The notes under the pieces are model-generated. The model had not been told where the DNA came from, made no database searches, and saw only the letters and a list, made by a program, of their open reading frames with translations. This document shows positions 52,338-61,267 of a DNA stretch of 64,000 nucleotides, in pieces. The position numbers and the translations under genes were made by a program. The number at the start of each line of letters is the position of its first letter. The first letter of the stretch is position 1. The stretch is from Acidimicrobiia bacterium (lineage in GTDB: Bacteria > Actinomycetota > Acidimicrobiia > IMCC26256 > PALSA-610): the NCBI GenBank assembly GCA_036501845.1, contig DASXZO010000102.1:16284-80283 (forward strand). Reading direction: 5' to 3'.

Positions 52338-53012
52338 ATGACGGAGGTTCCGATGCGTCACGAGGATCGCCTTATCCACCAGGGCGAACTTCCCAAGCGC
52401 CGACGCGAAGGGCGAGGCTTGGGACCGTTCACAAGTGGTCACCTCACGATCATCATCGTGACGCTCGCCATGATCATCGCCTTCCCGTTCGCCGCGTTCG
52501 CCGTCACCGGTAACAACGTCTTCGTCACTGATGCCACGAGTGGCGTACACGCGAAGGTCAACAACCTCGGGCAGCTCGACACTACGGCCGTTGTGAGCGG
52601 CGCGGTAACTGCCCCGCCAGCAGCACCGTCCAGCATGGTTGCGCTCTTCCCGGTGCAGGTGACCGCCTCCGAAGACGACTGTGCGTTCTACACGCCACCA
52701 GCAGGTCAGGCCCTCGTCATTACTCGGATCGACGCGTACCCGTACGCCCCCTCCGGAACTGTCTACATCGCGCTCTCCGCCAGCAACCGCATCAATGCGA
52801 GCTCTGGTTGCACACCGAACAAGCCGTTGTCGTACGAGGATTTCGTTGCCGGCAACCCGCCGCACGTCATCGATCTCGGTGCCGGTGTCGCCCTCGCGCA
52901 CGGTCACTACCTCAACCTCACGGCCCGCGGCAACGGTGGTGGCGGCGGCGCCACGTTGAACATCTACGGTTACCTCGTGCCGGCAAGTGCATGCGCAACG
53001 GGATGCTGGTGA
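52338..53012 (+). CDS. membrane-anchored (N-terminal TM) extracytoplasmic protein, Gly-run near C-terminus (no family recognised)
   Basis: The TM helix is HLTIIIVTLAMIIAFPFAAFAV. I trimmed the track ORF from 52212 to ATG 52338 (52353 is also possible). The C-terminus is ARGNGGGGGATLNIYGYLVPASACATGCW. Confidence 0.6.
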   Translation: MTEVPMRHEDRLIHQGELPKRRREGRGLGPFTSGHLTIIIVTLAMIIAFPFAAFAVTGNNVFVTDATSGVHAKVNNLGQLDTTAVVSGAVTAPPAAPSSMVALFPVQVTASEDDCAFYTPPAGQALVITRIDAYPYAPSGTVYIALSASNRINASSGCTPNKPLSYEDFVAGNPPHVIDLGAGVALAHGHYLNLTARGNGGGGGATLNIYGYLVPASACATGCW

Positions 53013-53047
53013 CGAGCTGCCATCAGGCATCGGCGTTTCGAGGTTCG

Positions 53048-53653
53048 CTACTCGACGCGACTGGAAGTGAGATGGATCGGCCGGATGTCGATGATCGGCT
53101 GCACGTCCTCACGTCCAAGGATTGCGTCCAGGCGGCGTAATGCTGGCTGCACGACTTGGGAAAGCACGTCGGGTACGGGCGTCGATTCGTCGATATCGAG
53201 GCGCAGCCGGATCGGGTCATCGGGTGCACCGACTTCGGCTCGGGCGCGCCGGACGAGCGGCGACGCTTCGAGCTGTGCCTGCAGAGCACGGCTCAACGCC
53301 GAGCCGGCAACGACATTGCGGCCTGGCAGTTGCGCGTCGGCGCTGTTGGGTACCGCAGCGTCACGCTGGCTGCGCACAGGAGGCAGATGTGTCGCGAGCC
53401 AGCGGACGCCGAGTGCCGCGAGCAGCAGTCCGACCACGAGCGTGCCGATCTGGAAGGCCAGTTCGTGGCCCCGCAACAAACGGTCGCCGTGTGTGTTCAG
53501 AAGAGCGGTGTGCGCGTCGAGCGCGTCGCCGAACGTCCGCACCGCCTTCGTCGCCAGAAGAAGCCCGGCTACCGACACGACGACAAGCGCGACGCCGAAG
53601 ATCACCAAGCCGACGCGGCCGGCACGGAGCCGTGCGTTCCGTATCCGCTTCAT
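53048..53653 (-). CDS. alkaline-shock-response membrane anchor protein AmaP-like
   Basis: It has an N-terminal TM helix (VGLVIFGVALVVVSVAGLLLA), a second TM helix and a C-terminal region resembling AmaP. It is the last gene of the Asp23 operon (4-nt overlap). Confidence 0.7.
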   Translation of the reverse strand: MKRIRNARLRAGRVGLVIFGVALVVVSVAGLLLATKAVRTFGDALDAHTALLNTHGDRLLRGHELAFQIGTLVVGLLLAALGVRWLATHLPPVRSQRDAAVPNSADAQLPGRNVVAGSALSRALQAQLEASPLVRRARAEVGAPDDPIRLRLDIDESTPVPDVLSQVVQPALRRLDAILGREDVQPIIDIRPIHLTSSRVE

Positions 53654-54180
53654 GACGTACGCGGGGGTGCGTGCACTTCGACCTTCGGATCGAGTTGCAA
53701 TTCGTTCGTCGTCACCGCATCGACGAGGAGCTCGTGTGCGGCGACTCGTACGTCGTCGTCGGACCTACGGCGATTCGTGTCGACGGTTGCGCGCACCCGG
53801 CCGCGATCGATTCGCACACGAGCGCGAGTCACCCCGTCGAGCGCTTGGAGGCGACGACTGAGCGATACTTCGAGTGGATGCCGTTCGATCGCAATGTCGG
53901 AATTATCGAGGGGCACCGTGAGCGGCGGACGCGGCCACGAACCCACTAGCACCGACACCAACCCGACCACGCCGAGCGCCACGAAGGTGAGCACAACGCT
54001 TCGGTCATCCCAATGCCAGTGAGCGAATCTCGTGTGGAGATCGGCCGGCAAGATCACCCACCCGTGACCGACCCATGCCGAGACCACCTCGATCACGAGT
54101 ACGACACCTGCGCACAACATCGCGATCGCAAGAATCGCGGAGATCAGGCGCGCAGCGACCGGAAGGAGCACTCGCATCAT
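53650..54180 (-). CDS. DUF6286-like membrane protein of Asp23 clusters
   Basis: It has two TM helices and then an Asp23-like soluble segment (HPLEVSLSRRLQALDGVTRARVRIDRGRVRATV). It has 4-nt overlaps on both sides. Confidence 0.65.
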   Translation of the reverse strand: MMRVLLPVAARLISAILAIAMLCAGVVLVIEVVSAWVGHGWVILPADLHTRFAHWHWDDRSVVLTFVALGVVGLVSVLVGSWPRPPLTVPLDNSDIAIERHPLEVSLSRRLQALDGVTRARVRIDRGRVRATVDTNRRRSDDDVRVAAHELLVDAVTTNELQLDPKVEVHAPPRTS

Positions 54181-54560
54181 CGTGAGACTCGTCCCTTCCG
54201 TAGGTTTGGTCCGACATCGAACTCCGCGACGGTCAGGTCGAGTACCGCGAGCCGGCGTCCGGTCTGGCGCTCGAACTCGATCGCTACGTTCCGCCGCATT
54301 GCGGCGAGGGCCTCGACAAGGGATCCGTCGGGTAGATAGAGCGAGACATCGGCACGAGCCTCGACGGCACGACGTTCCTGCGCGGTGACCTGCACGTCCG
54401 GCTTCGCCGCGCTCGCCGATTCGCGTCGCAGCATCTCGGTCAGCAGCCGTGCGAACGCCCGGTCGGACACGGTGAGCGCACCACGCCCCGCCGCGCCGGT
54501 CGCGGACAAGCCCGTCGCACCAGGGTCACGCGTCGGGGCCAGCGCGCTCGCCGTGTTCAC
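54177..54560 (-). CDS. Asp23/Gls24-like protein
   Basis: The sequence is LTVSDRAFARLLTEMLRRE...VEARADVSL...VEALAAMRRNVAIEFERQTGRRLAVLDLTVAEF. GTG 54560 overlaps the upstream TGA. Confidence 0.6.
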   Translation of the reverse strand: MNTASALAPTRDPGATGLSATGAAGRGALTVSDRAFARLLTEMLRRESASAAKPDVQVTAQERRAVEARADVSLYLPDGSLVEALAAMRRNVAIEFERQTGRRLAVLDLTVAEFDVGPNLRKGRVSR

Positions 54561-54754
54561 GGACGCCGGCTCGGCCCAGTGGCGTTGCGGCCGCCGATGT
54601 ACTGCGCAAGATCGAGATCGCCCTCGACCACCCGAGCCACGACCCATCCGATCAGCGCGATCAGCGCCACCACGAGCATGTCGCCGAAGCTCTCGAGAAC
54701 AAGGGCGAGACCGAGGATCGCGCCGAGGAACAGTCCGACCTGTGACGGTCTCAT
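54557..54754 (-). CDS. small membrane protein (DUF2273-like)
   Basis: The 65-aa sequence MRPSQVGLFLGAILGLALVLESFGDMLVVALIALIGWVVARVV contains two TM helices. This gene position is typical within Asp23 operons. Confidence 0.65.
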   Translation of the reverse strand: MRPSQVGLFLGAILGLALVLESFGDMLVVALIALIGWVVARVVEGDLDLAQYIGGRNATGPSRRP

Positions 54755-55017
54755 AGCTTTCCCTCCATTAGTCGTCGCCACCAGCTCCGACGTTGTGTAA
54801 ATGAGCGGGGTCGGGACACGCGAGTTTGGGATTGCCCGGCGCGCAACAAGTGGTCGCGCGCCTCGACAACGAGGCGCGCGGCGTCGGGCGAACCCCCAGC
54901 GTCAGGGTGCGCCGCGGCGATCGCCCTGCGAAACGCCGCCTGTACCTCCGGGGCCGACGCGCCCAGAGGCAGGTCGAGGATTGCGGCCGCGCGCGATGTT
55001 GACATCGTCATCATCAC
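54751..55017 (-). CDS. small J-domain-like protein (HPD motif)
   Basis: AAAILDLPLGASAPEVQAAFRRAIAAAHPDAGGSPDAARLVVEARDHLL follows the DnaJ J-domain pattern (ILG...AS..EIK.AYR.LA...HPD.GG......I..A...L). It has 4-nt overlaps with both neighbours. Confidence 0.55.
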   Translation of the reverse strand: MMMTMSTSRAAAILDLPLGASAPEVQAAFRRAIAAAHPDAGGSPDAARLVVEARDHLLRAGQSQTRVSRPRSFTQRRSWWRRLMEGKL

Positions 55018-55310
55018 TTGAAGACGCCCGAAGGCATCTCGATGTCGTCGATCACCAGGTCGACCGCTTGGAAGCCTTCGGCTCGCACGGCGCCGACGAC
55101 GGCTCGCTCGACCTCGTCCACAGTCGTTGACCAGGCCATCACTACGTGCGCCTCGACGGTGCCTTCGCGCAAACGGACACCGACGAGCCGATCACCGGGC
55201 ATATACGTCGCGACGGCGTCGGCCACACCGCCGGAGCGCCGCACCACCTCAGGCAGGGCGTCGATCCGCTTCGCGGCCGCGCGCAGGCGCTCCACCCGGT
55301 CGTCGCTCAT
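55014..55310 (-). CDS. Asp23/Gls24-like protein (short)
   Basis: 98 aa. The segment VGVRLREGTVEAHVVMAWSTTVDEVERAVVGAV resembles the Asp23 core. It sits in the operon. Confidence 0.6.
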   Translation of the reverse strand: MSDDRVERLRAAAKRIDALPEVVRRSGGVADAVATYMPGDRLVGVRLREGTVEAHVVMAWSTTVDEVERAVVGAVRAEGFQAVDLVIDDIEMPSGVFK

Positions 55311-55804
55311 TGCACCCGGGGTTCGGAACTCTCGGCGTCGCCGAGGTACACATCGTCAACCGTGACGTTGACCTCGGTGACCTCGAGACCGGTCATCGCT
55401 TCGATCTTGCCGATCACGTTGCGCCGAATCGCCTCCGCGACATCAACGATCGCTGCGCCGTAGTCGACGACGATGTCGAGGTCGATTGCGGCCTGCCGCT
55501 CTCCCACCTCGACGCTCACGCCCTGGGTCGGCGAAGGATCGCTGCTGCCGAGAGGCAACTTCTCCTTGATCGCACCGAACATCCGCGAGGCTCCGGTGCC
55601 CATGTTGTACACGCCGGATACTTCACGGCACGCGAGCCCGGCGATCTTGCCGACCACAGAGTCAGCGATGGACGTTCGGCCCTGATCGCCGACGAGTTCC
55701 GAGTGCCTCGCGGTCGTGTTGGTCGCACCGTTGCGTCGCGGTGCGAGCGCGCCGCCGGGCGAACTCGTTTCGCCCGTCGTCTCCTGCTGCATGTCGGTTG
55801 TCAT
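55307..55804 (-). CDS. Asp23/Gls24 family envelope stress response protein
   Basis: The sequence is TSIADSVVGKIAGLACREVSGVYNMG...GVSVEVGERQAAIDLDIVVDYGAAIVDVAEAIRRNVIGKIEAMTGLEV. I chose ATG 55804 (AGGAGG upstream). Confidence 0.85.
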   Translation of the reverse strand: MTTDMQQETTGETSSPGGALAPRRNGATNTTARHSELVGDQGRTSIADSVVGKIAGLACREVSGVYNMGTGASRMFGAIKEKLPLGSSDPSPTQGVSVEVGERQAAIDLDIVVDYGAAIVDVAEAIRRNVIGKIEAMTGLEVTEVNVTVDDVYLGDAESSEPRVQ

Positions 55805-55960
55805 TCGTCCTCCTAGCGCACCCTGCGCGAACACGGGGCCTACCCATCCTGGCCCCGTCGCCACACGACCCGAACGGGTGTTTCGCGACTCGGTTCGGAT
55901 GTCAGAAAGGACGGAAATGTGAGCGCCGGAGGTGGCAGCGCACTTGGCGCTACCTCTTGC

Positions 55961-58711
55961 TTACGGCGTATGCGCGCGAAAGATGGTGAACGGACTGCCG
56001 TTCGCGGGATGCGTTCTCGTAGCGCCGAGGTAGATCTGGCTCTTCGATACTGCGAGGTGATTGATCGCGAGCATGAAGGTCATCGAGGTCGCGCTCGGTG
56101 GCGGCGTGAATTGGATGCCGTCGACGTAGGCCGCGTTGGTGAACGAGAAGGTGATGGTCGAGCCGTCGGGGCTCACACTGAACTTGTCGGCTCCTTCGAG
56201 CTCGAACCCCTTCACGTTCGTGAACACACCCGCCTTCGCGACGATCGTGCCGCTGAACACCACGTACGGCGGCACATTGGGCTGGGTGACTTGCAGCTTC
56301 CAGATCCCAGCGCCGCTGTTCGACTGACCGATGTAGAAGCCCGTCGCAGAACGCGCCGGCACGTTCGTGAAGCCTCCCGCCGCGGGACCCGTCCATGGCT
56401 GCGGATCGACCGTGAGGTGGAACAGAACCGACGACGCACCCGGGGTGCTCGCCGACACCGTGACACTCCCCGGAGCGCCGCCAGCGAGCGGCCGTGGACC
56501 GCTCGCAGTGCCGTCGTTCGCGGTCGTGCGGTTGACGGTCGTGCTGTTCCCAAAGAACGTCGCCGGGCCGTGCACGACGAACTTGACCGATACACCCGGC
56601 ACGGGGTTGTTCTCCGCGTCGGTGACCGTCACGACCAACTGCGCCCCGAAATAGCGACCCGTCAGCGCATGCTGGTTGTCGCCGCTGGTCACTGCGATCG
56701 TGTTGGCGGCGCCGGCAGTCACGGTGAAGCAGCCGTCGCTACCACCAGCGTCGGAGGCATCCGCGTAGTTGCCGCCGCTACTCGCCGCATAGCTGGCCGC
56801 GAAGCAATACACGCCGGGCTGCGTCGGTGCCACCGCGGTTGAGGTAGCCGTCGCCGCGTTGTCGCCCGAGTCGCTCAGCGGCACCGCAGAAGTCCCCACT
56901 TGCGAGCCACCGGTGCAATCCTGCGCCGCTGTCGTCGGACCGCACAGCGCGAAGCTCACCGAGCCCTGCGGATTTCCCGCATCCGCCGTCCCGGACACCG
57001 TTGCCGTGTCGGTGACTGGTGTCCCCGGCTGCACGCTCGAGCTCGAAGGGGATGAAGTCACCGAGGGCGCGACTCCGCCGACGCTGAAACATCCGTCCGT
57101 CTTCGAGTCACTCGTGTGGAAGTAGTTGCTGTCTCCGTTGTACGACGCCACGAAGCAATAGGAGCCCAGTTTTGGCGTATACGACAGAGGATCGGTGGCC
57201 GACGATGCTCCTGAGCCCGCTTGCAACGGTGCGCCGGACGCAAGCGTGCCGACGTCGCTGCCGGAGTTCAGGCAATCCGCATACGACGACGACCCGCATC
57301 CCAGAATCTCGATGTCGATCGTTCCGGTGGGTGGCGTACCTTCCAGCCCGCTGACCGTCACCGTGTCGGTGACGTTGTCGCCGAGGGTGGGCGTCGACGA
57401 GGAGAGGCCCTGCGACACTGTCGCCTCGGACCCGTCCGAGAAGCACGCGTCACCGCCGCTCGCCGTCGGTCGATAGCTGAAATCCCCGGAATATGTGGCG
57501 TACAAGCAATAGAGCCCGACGGTGGTCGGCGCGGTGAACGGCACGATCACGAACGCTTCCTGTGGCTGCGACCCGAGCTCTGTGGTAGCTCCGACTTGGG
57601 TCGTCGTCGATGAGCACCCCGACTTACTCGACAGCGGCCCGCACACGTACACGCTCACCGTCCCGGTCGGGATCGGCGCACCCGCGCCGACAGTCATCGA
57701 CACGATCGCATTGGTCGAAGCCCCCGACCCGACGTTCCCAGCGTCAGGTTGCACATTCAACGTCTGCAGCGAGCGGCTCCAACTGATCACGACCGACGGT
57801 CTCCCCGACGTATCGATGGTGCTGGTCGCCGGCAAGCTGTAGCCACCGCCGCCACCACCACCGTTGGCGTCACCTTCGCCGCCGCCACCGCCGCCACCCA
57901 CACCGCCGCCGCCGCCACCGCCGCCGGTGTTCGAGATCTCATTGCTGCCGCCGTCGCCTCCGGCGTTGGCTGTGCCTTGCGCGCCCCCCGAGAATTCGTC
58001 TGGGAAGCGGGACGCGATCCCGCAGACGGCACCGCCAGGAGCGGTCCCTCCAGAGGTGCCCGCCTTGCCCCCCTGACCGACGCATTCGGCTTGCCGCCCG
58101 TCACCTCCTGCCGCGCCGCCGTCAGCCGCGTCGATACTCATGACCCCGGCGCCCCCACCGCCGCCGCCCGCGGCCACAACCAACGCAGTCGAGCCGGCGT
58201 ACACGCTCGACGCGCCGCCCCCGCCGCCACCGCCGCCGTTGCCCCCCGCTCCGCCGCCGCCACCGCCGCCGGAGCCAGGCGAGCCGCCTGCGGCGGCGCC
58301 GCCATCTCCTCCATTGCCGGCGACGGTGACCGTAAGCGTCGAGCTGCTCGTGACCGACGCCGTCGTCGTGACATTGGCACCGTTACCGCCGGATCCCCCG
58401 GCCGGCAGGTTGTTGATGTCGGTTCCCCCGCCCATGCCGCCCTTCCCGCCGACCGCCGTCACCGCGACGCTGGTGACTCCCGCAGGCACGCTGAACGAAT
58501 CGGTGCCGGTGGTCGAATAGGTGCACACGTCATTCCCCGTCGAGGAATCGGTCGAGAACACTCCCGTCGAACCGCAGATCAAAACAGGTGCCGCCCCGGC
58601 ACGCGCGGTTCCGATCGCTAGTGCTGCGCCCGACGCGGGTAGCAGTGCCACCGCGAACAGCGTCGGAAGAAAACGTCGCGTGCGCGACGACCGGTGGGAA
58701 CTTGCGCCCAT
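55961..58711 (-). CDS. 916-aa secreted surface protein: glycine-rich N-terminal domain, three Cys-paired Ig-like repeats, Big_1-like domain, C-terminal beta domain
   Basis: I trimmed the track ORF to ATG 58711 (AAGGGG upstream). The signal is RRFLPTLFAVALLPASGAALA. The N-terminus FSVPAGVTSVAVTAVGGKGGMGGG, followed by long Gly runs, resembles the bacterial/ALK-type glycine-rich domain. There are three repeats of the type V.V..CGP....C......Y.P...G.YCF.A.Y.G.....S.....CF.V. An invasin-like segment is AVTSGDNQHALTGRYFGAQLVVTVTDAENNPVPGVSVKF. Confidence 0.8.
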   Translation of the reverse strand: MGASSHRSSRTRRFLPTLFAVALLPASGAALAIGTARAGAAPVLICGSTGVFSTDSSTGNDVCTYSTTGTDSFSVPAGVTSVAVTAVGGKGGMGGGTDINNLPAGGSGGNGANVTTTASVTSSSTLTVTVAGNGGDGGAAAGGSPGSGGGGGGGAGGNGGGGGGGGASSVYAGSTALVVAAGGGGGGAGVMSIDAADGGAAGGDGRQAECVGQGGKAGTSGGTAPGGAVCGIASRFPDEFSGGAQGTANAGGDGGSNEISNTGGGGGGGGVGGGGGGGEGDANGGGGGGGYSLPATSTIDTSGRPSVVISWSRSLQTLNVQPDAGNVGSGASTNAIVSMTVGAGAPIPTGTVSVYVCGPLSSKSGCSSTTTQVGATTELGSQPQEAFVIVPFTAPTTVGLYCLYATYSGDFSYRPTASGGDACFSDGSEATVSQGLSSSTPTLGDNVTDTVTVSGLEGTPPTGTIDIEILGCGSSSYADCLNSGSDVGTLASGAPLQAGSGASSATDPLSYTPKLGSYCFVASYNGDSNYFHTSDSKTDGCFSVGGVAPSVTSSPSSSSVQPGTPVTDTATVSGTADAGNPQGSVSFALCGPTTAAQDCTGGSQVGTSAVPLSDSGDNAATATSTAVAPTQPGVYCFAASYAASSGGNYADASDAGGSDGCFTVTAGAANTIAVTSGDNQHALTGRYFGAQLVVTVTDAENNPVPGVSVKFVVHGPATFFGNSTTVNRTTANDGTASGPRPLAGGAPGSVTVSASTPGASSVLFHLTVDPQPWTGPAAGGFTNVPARSATGFYIGQSNSGAGIWKLQVTQPNVPPYVVFSGTIVAKAGVFTNVKGFELEGADKFSVSPDGSTITFSFTNAAYVDGIQFTPPPSATSMTFMLAINHLAVSKSQIYLGATRTHPANGSPFTIFRAHTP

Positions 58712-59135
58712 AACCACGCCCCTTGTTTCGACGGCAGTGCCGCAGACCACCGAAACCCACATTACGTGGATTGAAGGACCCGGTGTCCAGTCCGTCGCCC
58801 CTGAGAAGGGTTTGTAAAGCACGCGGCGCGCCCTGCAGAACGAGGCCGTTCGATGCAGGTGACCTCAGCGCGGCAATCGCTGGGGATCGAGTCCAAGGCG
58901 CGGAAGGCTCTGGATCGTCAGCCCGACGTCTGCTGCGTTGGCACAACGCTCAACGTCTCCGCGGCTACCTGCCGCGCGGAGAGATCGACAAGCATGCCGT
59001 GTAGGTCCGCGGCACTGAAAGACCGATCGGTGCGGGCACTTGCTCGTGGCCAGGCGGGTCCGCAGAATTGCCGTCATGGGGTTGGAGGCGATCGGCCTGC
59101 GGGCTGGTCGTCGGAGAGTGCGCGTCGAGGACGAG

Positions 59136-60725
59136 TTACACAGAGGGCTTGGCGTCGGCCATCTCGCGCAGCTTGTTCTTGAGCAGCTTGTCGAGGGTTC
59201 CCAGCGGAAATTCGTCCACGACGTAGACGGCGCGCGGCACCTTGAAATCGGCGAGCGTCTCCTTGCACGCGGCGATCACACTGGCTTCGAGCGTGGCCTC
59301 GTCGGGTGCCCCGGGTGCGGTGATCACGAACGCGACGACCACTTGATCGAGAAAGTCGTGGTGCTTGCCCACGACGGCGGCCTGGGCGACTCCGGCCACC
59401 GTCGTGACGCGCTCTTCGACTTCGCGGGCCGAGACGTTCTCGCCGCCGACCTTCAGCAGGTCCTTGTCGCGCTCCTGGTAGAAGACGTTGCCGCCCTCCC
59501 CCATCTTCACGATGTCGCCGGTCTTGAACCAGCCGTCTTCGAACGACGCGTCGTTGGCTTCGGCATTGTCGAAGTACTCGAGGAAGAGTTGGATGCCGCG
59601 GGTGCCGCGCATCCACAGTTCGCCCGATTGTCCTTCGTCGCACAGCTCACCGGTGTCCTTGTCGACCACGGCGATCTCGTAGCCCGGCGACACATGACCC
59701 ATCGAGCGCACCGGAAGTTGTTCGACCGGCTTGCCGGTGATCGCGTGCGTGACCGTCTCGGTCATGCCGTACGCCGCGTACACCGAGATACCGAACATCT
59801 TGTCGAGGTCGGGCATGATGAGCCCGAACACGCCGACGCGCAGCGTGTGCTCGGCCGGACGGTCGGGCGCGCCCAATGCCCCGAACACAAACGGCATCAG
59901 CGAGATGTGCGTGACACCGTGCTTCGTGATCATCTCCCAGAAGCGGCTCGTCGACCACTTCGGCATCAGCACGGCCGTTGCACCCACGCCGAGCACCGAG
60001 AACAACGACCAGCTCTGCGCGTTCACATGGAAGAACGGTAAGTAGATGAGGTAGCGGTCATCGGAGCCGAGGTCGATGTTGCGCGGTCCGAGCCGGCTCG
60101 CCCAGACGGCGTTGGCGTGCGTGTGCACCACTGCCTTCGGCCGATTCGTGGTGCCCGAGGTGAACATGATGCCGAATGGCAGCATCGGCTCGGCCGGCCG
60201 GCCGCGCCAGGCCGAAGGTTCAGCGGCAAACAGACCGTCGAACCGCTCGAAGGAGCTTCCATCACCCTCGATCGCATCGGTGTCGGTGACCGCGATCCAC
60301 TTGAGTGTTGGCGCGGCCTCGGCCACCATCGACGCGAACCGCGCCTGGACGATCGCCGCGACGCAGCGCGCCTTGCTCGCGAAGAACGCGATCTCGCTCG
60401 TGACCGACTTCGTGTTCGTCGTGACGGCAACCGCGCCGGCCACCGTGCACGCGAGGAACGCGAGCACCATCTCGGGCGAATTCTCGGAGTGGATGAGCAC
60501 CTTGTCGCCCTTGACGATGCCGCGACCGTCGAGGCCGGCCGCGAGCCGGTGCACGTCGTCGCGCAACTGCGCGTACGTCCACGTGCGGGTGGTTCCGTCT
60601 CCCGGGTCCCACACGAGCGCGTGGTGATCGGGCTTGCGTTCGGCCCAGTGTGCGAGCAGCCAGGGAATGTCCTGGCCGTGCATCTGGAAGTCGAGCAAAC
60701 GGTCGGCTGATACCTGCGCTGACAT
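59136..60725 (-). CDS. AMP-dependent synthetase/ligase (acyl-CoA synthetase, carnitine/crotonobetaine-CoA-ligase-like)
   Basis: The AMP-binding signature is MFTSGTTNRPKAVVHTH, with YGMTET, GELWMRG...GYF-type and KTGD motifs and a C-terminal K (PLGTLDKLLKNKL). I chose ATG 60725 (GAGGAG upstream). Confidence 0.9.
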   Translation of the reverse strand: MSAQVSADRLLDFQMHGQDIPWLLAHWAERKPDHHALVWDPGDGTTRTWTYAQLRDDVHRLAAGLDGRGIVKGDKVLIHSENSPEMVLAFLACTVAGAVAVTTNTKSVTSEIAFFASKARCVAAIVQARFASMVAEAAPTLKWIAVTDTDAIEGDGSSFERFDGLFAAEPSAWRGRPAEPMLPFGIMFTSGTTNRPKAVVHTHANAVWASRLGPRNIDLGSDDRYLIYLPFFHVNAQSWSLFSVLGVGATAVLMPKWSTSRFWEMITKHGVTHISLMPFVFGALGAPDRPAEHTLRVGVFGLIMPDLDKMFGISVYAAYGMTETVTHAITGKPVEQLPVRSMGHVSPGYEIAVVDKDTGELCDEGQSGELWMRGTRGIQLFLEYFDNAEANDASFEDGWFKTGDIVKMGEGGNVFYQERDKDLLKVGGENVSAREVEERVTTVAGVAQAAVVGKHHDFLDQVVVAFVITAPGAPDEATLEASVIAACKETLADFKVPRAVYVVDEFPLGTLDKLLKNKLREMADAKPSV

Positions 60726-60855
60726 TTCCGGTCTCCTCGACGTCCTCGCCAACATGCGACCGCGGTGCACCGTGGTGGCGTGTCAAGGTACTCATCGCCG
60801 CGGGCGCGGCCAACGGGCACGCGCGGTTCTTTCCATCTCGTGACATGATTGGCCG

Positions 60856-61224
60856 ATGTCGTCCGCGCGCATTCGCTCGGTGGTCCTCGACTGCCCCAAT
60901 CCTCGGGCACTCGCCGAGTTCTATCTGGGTGTCCTGGGCGGAGAAGTCGATGCGGACGCGGACGACTGGGTCGTGCTCACGGTCAACGGGCTGCGCTTGG
61001 CGTTCCAACTCGCCGACGACTTCGAACCCCCGACTTGGCCCACCGGTGAGCGGCCGCAGCAGTTCCACCTCGATATGACCGTCGACGACGTGGACGCCGC
61101 CGAGCAGAGCGTGCTGGCCCTCGGCGCACGGAAGCATGCGACGCAGCCAGGCGAGGACACCGGCGACCGGTTCCGGGTGTACCTGGATCCGGCCAGCCAT
61201 CCCTTCTGCCTCTGCTGGGACTGA
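60856..61224 (+). CDS. VOC (glyoxalase/bleomycin-resistance/dioxygenase) family protein
   Basis: 122 aa. The sequence is IRSVVLDCPNPRALAEFYLGVLGG...FHLDMTVDDVDAAEQSVLALGA...YLDPASHPFCL. Confidence 0.8.
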   Translation: MSSARIRSVVLDCPNPRALAEFYLGVLGGEVDADADDWVVLTVNGLRLAFQLADDFEPPTWPTGERPQQFHLDMTVDDVDAAEQSVLALGARKHATQPGEDTGDRFRVYLDPASHPFCLCWD

Positions 61225-61267
61225 CACACCCGCCGTCAGCTCGCGGGTGGTGAACGCGCTCAATCGT

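Noticed and set aside
57840-58290. A GGC/GGT/GCC-rich repetitive DNA tract considered as a tandem repeat or CRISPR-like array.
   Set aside because: There is no repeat-spacer periodicity. The tract is in frame and encodes the poly-Gly runs of the surface protein, so it is low-complexity coding sequence.
58880-58910. A tRNA-like T-arm string, GGGGATCGAGTCC.
   Set aside because: No complementary T-stem, acceptor stem or anticodon arm can be drawn around it, so it is not a tRNA.
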